DNA from: Candidatus Saccharimonadota bacterium
GTDB taxonomy: Bacteria; Patescibacteriota; Saccharimonadia; Saccharimonadales; UBA10212
Direction of reading: 5' to 3'
NCBI GenBank assembly: GCA_013815775.1
Contig: JACDFN010000001.1
Coordinates: 109,883-173,882, forward strand
DNA length: 64,000 nt
Part shown: positions 50,300-59,582 of the stretch, one piece after another
Layout of the letters: each line of letters opens with the position of its first letter
How positions within the stretch are numbered: position 1 is the first letter of the stretch
Notes under the pieces: model-generated
The model's input: only the letters and a program-made list of their open reading frames with translations
The model's database searches: none
What the model was told of the DNA's origin: nothing
Made by a program: the position numbers and the translations under genes

Positions 50300-50435
50300 T
50301 AGGATTTTCTTTGTTTTGGGAGAGTCCAAACACATTTTTCTATAAATATTTGATCGCACCGTAACCGCCAAAACCTTGAACTAATGAAGTGATAGTGATT
50401 GTTCTTAGGATAGGCGGCTGGTTGCCCTTAGAAAG
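50300..50435 (+). ncRNA. Structured leader of rny (possible 6S-like RNA)
   Basis: Long interrupted hairpin GCACC..CCGCC..CCTTGAAC/GTTC..AGG..GGCGG..GGTTGC. Confidence 0.3.
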
Positions 50436-50444
50436 GGGTAAATT

Positions 50445-51959
50445 ATGTTAGCACTATACATTGCGCTGGCAATTGCTGGCGTGTTTGCTGGGGCTGGTGG
50501 AACTTATGCCTACACCCGCCGAAGTGGTTCTGTTGCCGCAGAAGCTGCAAAGAAAGAATTGGCGAAAGCTAAAAAGGAAGCCGAAGCCTTAGTAAAAAAA
50601 GCCCAAGAAGAAGCTGAAGGTCGGGTTGATGAGGCCCGTAAAGAAGAGAAGAAACGACGAGACGAAATTAAAGACATAGAACAACGGTTGCTAAACCGCC
50701 AAGAGTCTTTAGACAAAAAACTTGATGACCTAGATAAGCGGGCCGATGGTCTAAGAAAAGCCGAAGACGAAGTCGAGGGCTTAAAGAATGAAATTAGGGA
50801 AATTCGGGCTAAACAACAAGATAAGTTAGAGAAAATTGCCAAACTTACCAAGGCTGACGCGGCCGAGAAGCTGATGCAAATGACCGAGCGAGACATTAAG
50901 AATGACCTTGTTGGGCTAGTTGTTAAGTTGCAAAATGACGCAAAGGACCAGGCCGAAGAATTATCTGCCATGATCTTAGCCACTACCATGGAGAGAATGG
51001 CCAGTGAAGTAACCTCGGAGCGTACCGTTACGGCAGTCCGGCTAGAAGATGAAGAAATGAAGGGGCGGATTATCGGTAAAGAGGGCCGTAACATTCAAGC
51101 TTTGCAACGGGCTACTGGGGTCGATATTTTAGTAGACGAAACCCCAGGTATGATAATTCTATCTAGCTTTGATCCCGTACGCCGTGAAGTAGCGCGGCAG
51201 GCCATGGAGATGCTACTAAAAGACGGTCGGGTACATCCTGGACGCATCGAAGAAGTAGTCGAAAAAGCTCAAAAGCAAGTACAAAAAGACACAGTTCGAG
51301 CTGGTGAGGACTCTGCCCGCGAAGTCGGTGTAATAGGCATGCCCAAAGAACTTTTACAACTGCTTGGTGAACTTAAGTACCGTACCAGTTACGGCCAAAA
51401 TGTTCTGAAGCACAGCGTTGAGATGGCTCAGCTGGCTGGCGTACTGGCCGATGAGCTTGGTGCGGATGTAAAAACCGCAAAATACGCCGCGCTGATGCAC
51501 GATGTAGGTAAGGCTCTGAGCCATAAAGTAGAAGGCAAGCACCACCACATTAGCGGGGAGATGCTACGTAAATACGGAGCCCCTGAAGCAGTGGCACATG
51601 CCGCCGAAGCCCACCACGATGACATGGAAGCCACTACCGTTGAAGCTTTAGTGGTTCGGGTAGTGGATGCTATTTCAGGTGCCCGCCCCGGTGCCCGTAA
51701 TATTAGTGCCGAAAATTTTGCAGAACGTATGAAAGACTTGGAAAACACTGCTCTTGGCTTTGACGGAATTGAAAAAGCTTACGCCATTTCCGCTGGCCGT
51801 GAAGTTCGAGTGTTTGTGCAGCCGAAAGATATAAACGATCTTCAAGCTATTAAGCTGGCTCGCGATATTGCTAATAAAATTGAATCTACAATGCAGTACC
51901 CCGGCACAATTAAGGTCAATGTTATCCGCGAAACCCGAGCTATTGAGTTCGCCAAGTAG
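50445..51959 (+). CDS. rny: Ribonuclease Y
   Basis: N-terminal TM, coiled coil, KH (KGRIIGKEGRNI), HD (HDVGK), ISGARPGAR. Confidence 0.97.
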   Translation: MLALYIALAIAGVFAGAGGTYAYTRRSGSVAAEAAKKELAKAKKEAEALVKKAQEEAEGRVDEARKEEKKRRDEIKDIEQRLLNRQESLDKKLDDLDKRADGLRKAEDEVEGLKNEIREIRAKQQDKLEKIAKLTKADAAEKLMQMTERDIKNDLVGLVVKLQNDAKDQAEELSAMILATTMERMASEVTSERTVTAVRLEDEEMKGRIIGKEGRNIQALQRATGVDILVDETPGMIILSSFDPVRREVARQAMEMLLKDGRVHPGRIEEVVEKAQKQVQKDTVRAGEDSAREVGVIGMPKELLQLLGELKYRTSYGQNVLKHSVEMAQLAGVLADELGADVKTAKYAALMHDVGKALSHKVEGKHHHISGEMLRKYGAPEAVAHAAEAHHDDMEATTVEALVVRVVDAISGARPGARNISAENFAERMKDLENTALGFDGIEKAYAISAGREVRVFVQPKDINDLQAIKLARDIANKIESTMQYPGTIKVNVIRETRAIEFAK

Positions 51960-52131
51960 CCAGAACTTTGCACCGCCTACCCCTGCTGCCTGGCTGAGCC
52001 AGACACCCGGCTAGGCTTTTGGACGAATTACTGCGTCAGAAACTGCGTTGCTCGTTCGCAGTATTCTAATACAGCTCACTGCGCTACTTATTTCTTCCTT
52101 GTACTGCATCCAAATGCAGAGCTCTGGCTAC
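51956..52131 (+). mobile_element. MITE/RPE-like palindromic element, copy R3
   Basis: Terminal inverted repeats GTAGCCAGAACTTTGCA / TGCAGAGCTCTGGCTAC (15/17), including the rny stop codon. Confidence 0.65.
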
Positions 52132-52209
52132 ATCATCTATCTTTCCAAACGCGTAGCTAGTTGTTCGCGCTAGGATTGGTAGTATATTTGTCGTCTGCTA
52201 TAATTACCC

Positions 52210-52317
52210 CTGTTGCAGTTCTTTTTTAGGGAAAGGTAGCAGCCGCGGTCCGCCATAGGCGGATTCGGATTCATTCCGAAAGCGGCGTTGAAGGAAACCC
52301 GCATGGTTGTCCTTCAA
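52210..52317 (+). ncRNA. Candidate structured RNA motif, copy E2, in the tRNA-Pro leader
   Basis: Homologous to E1; TGcTATAAT at 52196-52204 directly upstream. Confidence 0.7.
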
Positions 52318-52324
52318 GGTAGTT

Positions 52325-52401
52325 CGGGGTGTAGCGCAGTTGGCTAGCGCACCGCGTTTGGGACGCGGGGGTCGAAGGTTCGAGTCCTTTCACCCCGACC
52401 A
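52325..52401 (+). tRNA. tRNA-Pro(UGG)
   Basis: CGGGGTG..CACCCCG A CCA; CCGCG TTTGGGA CGCGG. Confidence 0.96.
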
Positions 52402-52445
52402 TAAAAATTTACGCCGCATAACGTACATTGCTATAAACTTGTTAT

Positions 52446-53273
52446 ATGCCTTTTGAAAAGACCATTCGGTCACTTCCGAAAGCCGCTAGAAATGCCTCAT
52501 CAGCAGCCCGCCAGGGTCTTGGCGCGCTAAGAAGTGATAAAGCAATAGTGGTTTATCCATTGTTTGTTTTTATATTGGTTCTGGGAAGTTTAGCTGTTGT
52601 CAACGACTTGATATCATCAGCTACAACCTCTCTTGCTCAAGAATCGTTGTTTGGGCCAGAGCAGTATCTTGCGTTTTTATTTTTCGGAATTACTTCGATT
52701 ATATTATTTTATATATATCTAGCGGTTATGACCGGTTGCTTTACCTGCGTGGTGGCCGCCTCGGTTATGGCTCAGCTGGACGGACATCCAACACCACTAC
52801 TTCGGGGAATAAAAGTGGTTTTAAATCGATTGCCACGGATAGCCGCGTTTTCAGCCTTATCGATTTTTTTTATCCCGCTTGGGTTGATAGCCCAACGAAG
52901 TAAAGTACAAAGAAAACCACACGATGCAATTGGCAGCTCCTTTTCTTTAAACATGGCTCAACTAGCTCCTGCCATACTTTCGGGTAATAAAGGGGTGTTT
53001 GAAACAATCAGACATTCCGTTAACGTCATGGGAGAAGCCTGGAAAGAAAATCTTATGATTAAAGCATCGATGTATGGATTTATAATTTTTCTAGGATTGG
53101 TCAGTTTTCTACCGGGTTACATTGAGCGAAATTGGTTCGATAAAACTTCTGCTGGCACCATTAGCTGGCTGGTAAGCGTAATTTTATTAATATCATTTCT
53201 GATCATGACCAGAGTATTGGCTAGTGTGTTCACCGCCACCCTTTACTGGAGACTGACTAAAAGTAGAACATAA
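52446..53273 (+). CDS. Multi-pass membrane protein (DUF6159-like)
   Basis: Several TMs; 'S......WKE' and 'F..LY' patterns. Confidence 0.7.
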   Translation: MPFEKTIRSLPKAARNASSAARQGLGALRSDKAIVVYPLFVFILVLGSLAVVNDLISSATTSLAQESLFGPEQYLAFLFFGITSIILFYIYLAVMTGCFTCVVAASVMAQLDGHPTPLLRGIKVVLNRLPRIAAFSALSIFFIPLGLIAQRSKVQRKPHDAIGSSFSLNMAQLAPAILSGNKGVFETIRHSVNVMGEAWKENLMIKASMYGFIIFLGLVSFLPGYIERNWFDKTSAGTISWLVSVILLISFLIMTRVLASVFTATLYWRLTKSRT

Positions 53274-53438
53274 ATGGCGCACTCGGTGAATCCAGTTTAG
53301 AATCTCTTCCAACTGCCCGAATGCGCCAATTAAAAAGTGATTATGCAAAACTGTTTTCGCCCAAAACCGGCTTTGCGTCTCTGCGGGCGCCCGCCATCGC
53401 CCGCAGTCGGCTCAAAGCCGAAATTGAAAATTCTCTTT

Positions 53439-53516
53439 TGGTCGGGGTGAGAGGACTCGAACCTCCGACCTCAGCGTCCCGAACGCTGCGCGCTAGCCTG
53501 GCTGCGCTACACCCCG
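53439..53516 (-). tRNA. tRNA-Pro(CGG)
   Basis: CGGGGTG..CACCCCG A CCA; CAGCG TTCGGGA CGCTG. Confidence 0.96.
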
Positions 53517-53548
53517 TGCGTGGCTAGATTGTAACAAAATAATATACA

Positions 53549-54205
53549 ATGGTTATAATGCTTGCGGTTATTGCCAGCCTGGTCGTTATCTCAGTCATCT
53601 TGGCAGTAGCCGAAATCCTTTGGCGTAAGAAGATATTAAAAGGCGAAAACCAAAGAAAATTTGTGCACATCAGTATAGGCACATTTGCTGCTTTTTGGCC
53701 CTGGCTGATGAGTTGGGAGGCTATCCAGCTGCTAGGGCTAATAATGACCGTGGGAGTACTCCTTAATAGACACCGAACTTTTCTACACTACCTGGGTAAC
53801 ATCCGTATAACGCACAATTACGGTGATGTATTTTTGCCAATAGCAATTGTTATTGCCAGCCTTGTTACAACTAATAAGATTTTCTTTGCCATCGCAATTT
53901 TGCATGTTTCTCTAGCCGATGGGCTCGCCGCTGTAGTCGGCAAGAACCTAGGCAGGCACTGGAAGTATAAGATTTTTAAACATAGTAAGACGGTAGTTGG
54001 CTCAATGACTTTTTGGCTTGTTTCAGTATGTATATTGGGGGTAGGAATCCTGGCTGCGCATGATTCCTTCTCTTACGATCAGTATTCGTTATTGCTACTT
54101 ACCCTTCCACCTATGCTAATGATAATTGAAAACGTAGTTGGATTTGGGATGGACAATATAGCAGTGCCAGCTGCTGTTTTAGTTGCCCTAAACCTGGCAG
54201 TCTAG
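53549..54205 (+). CDS. Dolichol/phytol kinase family (CTP-dependent polyprenol kinase)
   Basis: RKFVHI..G, ADGLAAVVG, KTVVGS, DNI.VP. Confidence 0.88.
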   Translation: MVIMLAVIASLVVISVILAVAEILWRKKILKGENQRKFVHISIGTFAAFWPWLMSWEAIQLLGLIMTVGVLLNRHRTFLHYLGNIRITHNYGDVFLPIAIVIASLVTTNKIFFAIAILHVSLADGLAAVVGKNLGRHWKYKIFKHSKTVVGSMTFWLVSVCILGVGILAAHDSFSYDQYSLLLLTLPPMLMIIENVVGFGMDNIAVPAAVLVALNLAV

Positions 54206-54224
54206 AACATAAGCTACCAATCTC

Positions 54225-54698
54225 CTAAGATTGGCCAATCAGAATACCGGAAATAAACACTAGTGCGCCGCCCACAACTACTTGTAAAACTGATAACCAA
54301 AATTTCATTTTAAAGAAATGGTAACGAATGTAAGCGATAGCTATCAGCTCTATTCCTACAACAAGATAAGCAATAGTTAGGGCAGTGTCTAAGTCTGATA
54401 TCAAAAACGGTATAGTGTGGAAAATTCCACCCAAAAAAGTGGTAATCCCAACTATAACTCCGCGCCTTATTGGGTGGCCGCGCCCCGTAAGTTTTCCGTC
54501 ATCGCTCATTCCTTCGGAAAAGCCCATGCTGATAGCCGCACCAACTGCTGCCGAGGTGCCAATCAAAAATGCAACCCGAGGGTCTTTAGTGGCAAAAGCG
54601 GCAGCAAAGAGGGGCGCCAACGTGGATATAGAACCATCCATAAGACCCAGAAGAGCAGGCTGTACGGTCTGCAGGACAAATTTATTATCTTCTTTCAT
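54225..54698 (-). CDS. VIT1/CCC1 family metal transporter domain protein
   Basis: GLMDG..STLAP.FAA, ISMG.SE..SDDG.LTGRG. Start moved past the tRNA. Confidence 0.88.
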   Translation of the reverse strand: MKEDNKFVLQTVQPALLGLMDGSISTLAPLFAAAFATKDPRVAFLIGTSAAVGAAISMGFSEGMSDDGKLTGRGHPIRRGVIVGITTFLGGIFHTIPFLISDLDTALTIAYLVVGIELIAIAYIRYHFFKMKFWLSVLQVVVGGALVFISGILIGQS

Positions 54699-54704
54699 AA
54701 AAAA

Positions 54705-54782
54705 TGGGGCGAATGATGGGTCTTGAACCCACGACCTTCGGGACCACAACCCGACGCTCTAACCAACTGAGCTACATCCGCC
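54705..54782 (-). tRNA. tRNA-His(GUG) with encoded G-1
   Basis: G GCGGATG..CATTCGC C CCA; TCGGG TTGTGGT CCCGA. Confidence 0.96.
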
Positions 54783-54858
54783 GTAAAATACGGGTTAATT
54801 TTAACCTGTTTTAGGTGAAAAAACCAGATGCAGTGTTGGGGTTCAAGCTAGAAATTGT

Positions 54859-56583
54859 TTACTGCAGGGTGGAGCCGCAAACGGCTGGAGGCTGTACGAT
54901 TGAGTAGGACTGTGATTGTTGTGGGCCAAGGGTCATTACCTGCATATTGCCGTATAAGCTTGGCGGCATATACGCATATGTTACATCGCCCCAAGGGTAG
55001 GTTATATTACTGAATATATCTGACTTCGGGTCCAGAGCATACAGGGTCAAGCCACCCCCTCTGTCGCCTAAGTACATTCCGTAAGTTTGCATGGCCTTAG
55101 CGATTATTTTTTGCCAGCTGTTTAGGCCCAGGCTGTTTAAGTCCAAGGCCGGGTTAAGCCGTACTCTTGCTCCTTCAGGTATCGTACCCGCCGCTGTACT
55201 TTGACCATCGCTGGTATATGAAGGCAAGACGGGCCCGCCGCCCTTAACGTACTGTGCGTCCATACTGAAGACTAGGGCGTGGTTTATCACCCCAGCTGCC
55301 ATTTCACTTGGCAAAATCAAACCGCCGCCCAGCGCGAAGCTAGAGCCACGGGTGGGGATAGCCGGCTTGATGAAGGTGCCGGTTTCAGTTTTTAGTAGTG
55401 CGTTAGCAACCCCGGCTGACCATGCTCCGGTGCTCGATTTGGCGGCTTTCCAAAAGTCGTACTCGCAGTTGGTCGACTTATCTATTATTAACATGTGAGC
55501 ATCTGTGCCGTTAGCGGGAACGGCATTGGCTGGGATAGGTACGTTTAAGAACTTAGTCGCCCCGCCATTGTAGTTAGTGGTAAAGCTAACTGTGGTTCGA
55601 GGGGTGTTAGCATCGGCATAATACGCCGCTACCGAATAGGATTTAACCGCGATAGGCGTACCAGCACTTGAGTTAGCGGAGCCTAAGAGGCTTTGTACCA
55701 TGGCGGAAGAATTGGGGTCTATTGTCGCTGTAGAAGGAATAGGCAAGTTCCAAAAACTTGACGCTGAGTAAAAGAATGCACTACTTGGAGGCGGAGGTGG
55801 CGGTGGAGGCGTAGCAGCAGTAACCGTAACGGTGGTACTAGCATTGGCACTGCCCCCACTCCCACTGCAGCTCAAGGTATAGGTGCTGGTAGTATTTAGA
55901 GCTCCGGTAGAGACTGAACCACTAGTTGGCTGAGCTCCACTCCAAGCCCCACTGGCACTGCAGCTAGTAGCATTGGTAGAGTTCCAGGTCAGCGTAGAGG
56001 GTGATCCCGCACTCACCGAGGTTGGTGTAGCGCTCAACGAGATTGTTGGCGCTGGTGTACCTACCGATACTCCGTAAAACCGACTAACATCTAGGTAAAG
56101 ATCAGTTGTGCAGGCACTACCGCCGGTGTAGCTAATATATACGTTACGGTTACCACTAGCTGCATTGCTACTAGCACTGTAGGTAGTCCAACCGCTGGAG
56201 GAAACGGTAGTACTAATAAGTTGAACTCCACTCAGTTCAACTCTCATGGATGGCCATTTACCATGGCACTTGGTGGCTTTAGCCACTAGGCTATAACTAC
56301 TAAGCGATGACGGCAGTGAAACAATACCCTGAATTACACCAGAACCCCTCAACCTAACAGCCTTACCGCTACTGGCGTAAGTATCGGTGATAATACTGCC
56401 CCCACTAGGCAGGCTCATTTGCTCTGCTTCTAAACTAGCCACCAAAGGCCCAGCTGCAAAAGTCCTATATAGAAAAAAGCCCCCAATGACCGCAAACAAC
56501 ACAGCGAATACAATCATCCGACGCTTAGAGAAGGAAGGATTACTATTTAATAGTTTTGTTTTTAACATTCGTAGTCTCTTCAT
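54859..56583 (-). CDS. Secreted multidomain surface protein (CBM-like + Ig-like + unknown C-terminal domain)
   Basis: Signal ending LYRTFAA, EAE.M CBM-like start, STLTW.STNATSC module, poly-Pro linker, I.HAL...PEG.R...A.Q.YG...D.G domain. Confidence 0.8.
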   Translation of the reverse strand: MKRLRMLKTKLLNSNPSFSKRRMIVFAVLFAVIGGFFLYRTFAAGPLVASLEAEQMSLPSGGSIITDTYASSGKAVRLRGSGVIQGIVSLPSSLSSYSLVAKATKCHGKWPSMRVELSGVQLISTTVSSSGWTTYSASSNAASGNRNVYISYTGGSACTTDLYLDVSRFYGVSVGTPAPTISLSATPTSVSAGSPSTLTWNSTNATSCSASGAWSGAQPTSGSVSTGALNTTSTYTLSCSGSGGSANASTTVTVTAATPPPPPPPPSSAFFYSASSFWNLPIPSTATIDPNSSAMVQSLLGSANSSAGTPIAVKSYSVAAYYADANTPRTTVSFTTNYNGGATKFLNVPIPANAVPANGTDAHMLIIDKSTNCEYDFWKAAKSSTGAWSAGVANALLKTETGTFIKPAIPTRGSSFALGGGLILPSEMAAGVINHALVFSMDAQYVKGGGPVLPSYTSDGQSTAAGTIPEGARVRLNPALDLNSLGLNSWQKIIAKAMQTYGMYLGDRGGGLTLYALDPKSDIFSNITYPWGDVTYAYMPPSLYGNMQVMTLGPQQSQSYSIVQPPAVCGSTLQ

Positions 56584-56776
56584 AGATTAGAGTTATATAT
56601 TCAATAATTATTGTTATGTTTATTAGGGGGCGTGTCAATAGGGAGGGGAGTCTCGCAAGCTGCCAGTATTATACTTATAAGGCTTATAGGTGCTTACGAA
56701 CCAAATTATCAGTCGGCCCAATATAAAAACTTTGATTATCACACTTAAGAATATATATGAAGAACATGTACCTAAT

Positions 56777-56794
56777 CCTGAGCTTGTCGAAGGA
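56777..56794. repeat. Short REP-like fragment
   Basis: CCTGAGCTTGTCGAAGGA resembles a widespread small bacterial repeat (recalled, not searched); abuts the pseudo-tRNA 3' end. Confidence 0.45.
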
Positions 56795-56795
56795 C

Positions 56796-56871
56796 GGTAC
56801 CCCAGGAGGGATTCGAACCTCCGGCCTTGACGTTAGAACCGTCTTGCTCTATCCACTGAGCTACATCCGCC
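56796..56871 (-). pseudogene. Chimeric tRNA: His 5' end fused to an Arg(UCU)-like body
   Basis: 5' GGCGGATGTAGCTCAGT is identical to tRNA-His. The 3' CTGGGGTACC matches Arg type and cannot pair with it. Ends CCG. Confidence 0.8.
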
Positions 56872-56968
56872 GTAAAACAGCTAGTATTATACTTTTTAAC
56901 AGATGATGTAGCAAATACCGATCTTTGCGTTTAAACATTGACAGCAATAAGCTTTCAGTATAATAATT

Positions 56969-59260
56969 ATGCTTAAGTATAAAATAATCATGCAACCAAG
57001 CGATCAAGGAAACTCAATGACACAAAAAACACCTAATCGACGGATTAAGGAATTTAAAAGTAGAATTCCATTTTCCAGTCGTCAACTTATTATCTTCGCC
57101 CTAATCTTCGCAGCCATTGGAAGTTACGTCTTATATAGGAGTTTTGCGGCCAGCCCGGCTGGCACAGCTCACGTTTTCGTCTCCCCGAGCGGCTCTGATT
57201 CAGGTACTAACTGTAAGCGTTACGCCACACCCGTTGCTTACCCTGGTGGCGCTGTCTGCGCCAGCATTACTAAGGCCTACCAGCTTGCCCAAGGGGGTGA
57301 CACTATCGATGTTCAAGGCGGTACATACTCTGGCTACGAAACGCTAGCTAATGATGCCAGTAAGAACTCTACACCCATAACTATCCGTGGCGCCCAAGGC
57401 TCTACCGTAACCCATAACAATGGTATAGCGTTCGGCAACGACCAGACTAATACAAATTCCGCCGACAATGTAGTCCTCCAAGATATGACTTTTAAGGGCA
57501 CCATAACCCTATGGAGCACAGCCGACAATGTCCAATTAGTTAACCTTAAAGCCGACATCTTCGATATCTTCGGCGGCAATGGCAGTGGCGTAAAGGGCGG
57601 TGACTACGGCCCATGTCAGGCACCAGCCCAAGGCTCTTGTCTAGCTAGGATTATCGGCAACAACATAACTGTAGACGGTACCGCCATCCACCATATGTCT
57701 TCCACCGACTTAGTTAACTACCACGTAGACGGCATGTTCGTCCGCGGCTGCACTAACTGCACAGTTAAGAACACTGACTTCTGGGGCAATATGATTACCA
57801 ACATCAGGGTCCAAAACTGCTGTCAGCTGCCAGCTAACACCAACCTCACTCTTGAGAATAACTGGTTTGGTGTACCGATAGAGGGCGATAATGTAACAGG
57901 GCGGGGCAATGCACTCGACATAGACAATGATGTGCCTGGACTAAGAATTAAATACAATACCTTCCATCCCCAAACCGGAATAAGTATCTGCGGTGCTTGG
58001 GCGTGTAATCCGGCTGACGGCGGCTGGACCGCTACCGATACCCAGATTATTGGTAATCTTTTCTCCCGGGCATTCTGTGCTTCCGGTGCGGTATATCGCA
58101 ATAACGTCTATCGAGCTTTCAGTGAGTATGCCGGTTCCGAGTCCTGTGGCACTGGCGAGAAACTAGTAACTGACTTTGGACTGGTAAATTCTGGCCCATA
58201 CAGTAATACGCCCAGCAGTCCAGACTTTCACCTGACATCTAGCTCACCAGCCATTGGAGCAGGTGACCCCACCAACTACACAGCTACTGACTATGACGGC
58301 CAACCCCGCCCCCAGGGCACTGCTCCAGATGCCGGCGCCGACGAATACTCCACTGGTACTACACCACCTCCACCTCCTCCCACAGCACCAACAGTCTCTC
58401 TCTCCTCTAGTCCTACTTCTGTAGCTTCCGGCTCTGCCTCTACACTAACCTGGAGTTCCACAAACGCTACATCATGTACCGCCTCCGGATCCTGGAGTGG
58501 GGCTAAAGCAACTTCCGGATCACAGTCCACTGGTAACCTAACCTCTAGCTCTACTTACAGCCTAGCTTGTACCGGCACTGGTGGCAGTGCTTCTGCTAGT
58601 ACTACGGTTACGGTCAGCGGTACTTCTGCCGACACCACTCCACCCTCCATTCCTACCGGCTTAGGTCACACCACAACTACCGACTCTTCACTCAGTTTGG
58701 TATGGAATGCATCGAGTGACAATGTTGGCGTAAAGGGCTACAAGCTCTACCGTAACAACGCTTTGATAACTTCACCTACCAGCACCTCATATGTCGACAG
58801 CGGCTTAAGCGCTGGTACTAGCTATAGTTACGCTGTTTCAGCATTCGATGCAGCTGGAAATGAAAGTGCTAAGAGTGCTACTGTTAGCTTTACAACGGCG
58901 ACAAGTACAAGTATCCTGCCGCTTCCACCGCCCAATGACACCGTAGCTCCGAGCACTCCAGACGGATTTAAAGTAACAAGTAGCGGTAAAACCAGCGTAT
59001 CCTTAGCCTGGAACGCCAGTACCGATATCGGTGGCTCTGGCTTAGCCGGATACAAGCTTTACCGGGGTAGTACTCTTGTTTATACTGGGCCTAACTTAAG
59101 CTTTAACAGCACAGGTCTCAGTTCAAAAAGCAGCTATACGTACACAGTGCACTCCTATGACAAAGCTGGCAATATGTCCAATTCAAGCATTAAAATCTGT
59201 GTTAGCAAGTTTGGCTTCTGGAGCAACATTACACGCAGCCGTGGCTGGGAATATTGTTAA
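56969..59260 (+). CDS. Secreted beta-helix + Ig-like + 2x FN3 surface protein
   Basis: Signal ending LYRSFAA, right-handed beta-helix, DFHL...SPAI.AG...D.DG.PR...PDAGADE, FN3 repeats W.AS.D..G..GY. The start may be 56990 or 57017. Confidence 0.88.
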   Translation: MLKYKIIMQPSDQGNSMTQKTPNRRIKEFKSRIPFSSRQLIIFALIFAAIGSYVLYRSFAASPAGTAHVFVSPSGSDSGTNCKRYATPVAYPGGAVCASITKAYQLAQGGDTIDVQGGTYSGYETLANDASKNSTPITIRGAQGSTVTHNNGIAFGNDQTNTNSADNVVLQDMTFKGTITLWSTADNVQLVNLKADIFDIFGGNGSGVKGGDYGPCQAPAQGSCLARIIGNNITVDGTAIHHMSSTDLVNYHVDGMFVRGCTNCTVKNTDFWGNMITNIRVQNCCQLPANTNLTLENNWFGVPIEGDNVTGRGNALDIDNDVPGLRIKYNTFHPQTGISICGAWACNPADGGWTATDTQIIGNLFSRAFCASGAVYRNNVYRAFSEYAGSESCGTGEKLVTDFGLVNSGPYSNTPSSPDFHLTSSSPAIGAGDPTNYTATDYDGQPRPQGTAPDAGADEYSTGTTPPPPPPTAPTVSLSSSPTSVASGSASTLTWSSTNATSCTASGSWSGAKATSGSQSTGNLTSSSTYSLACTGTGGSASASTTVTVSGTSADTTPPSIPTGLGHTTTTDSSLSLVWNASSDNVGVKGYKLYRNNALITSPTSTSYVDSGLSAGTSYSYAVSAFDAAGNESAKSATVSFTTATSTSILPLPPPNDTVAPSTPDGFKVTSSGKTSVSLAWNASTDIGGSGLAGYKLYRGSTLVYTGPNLSFNSTGLSSKSSYTYTVHSYDKAGNMSNSSIKICVSKFGFWSNITRSRGWEYC

Positions 59261-59442
59261 GAGTACTTCTTTACTGAAACATTATAAACACAAAACTATA
59301 GTTAAGAATGCATCTTAGAGATGCATCTGCCGAAACGCCACTAGTTACTTGCACGAAAAGATGATGTAGCAAACTCTTGGGTCGGGTTTATGCTACCCAG
59401 CTGAAAGTATTCTAGTATAAACCAATACGCTAATGCTTACTA

Positions 59443-59471
59443 TTGACAAATATTATAAACAGTGATAGAAT
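59443..59471 (+). promoter_or_regulatory. Sigma70 promoter
   Basis: TTGACA-N17-TAGAAT with extended TG. Confidence 0.7.
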
Positions 59472-59582
59472 GCGCTGGTAACTTCTGTGAGAGGGAATGT
59501 ATATCAACTAATTAACGTTTCATGCGTTACGGGTTGTCGGTTCATTGTAAATGCCCGACACTCGAAATAGAGGTAGGTTTAT

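Noticed and set aside
53517..53545. Hypothesis that every C1-starting tRNA needs the E motif
   Set aside because: tRNA-Pro(CGG) also starts with C but has a -10 (TACAAT) 11 nt upstream and no such element.
55815..58615. Invertible (shufflon-like) segment between the inverted Ig-module copies
   Set aside because: The DNA copies differ at most synonymous sites, have no long identical tract, and no recombinase is nearby.
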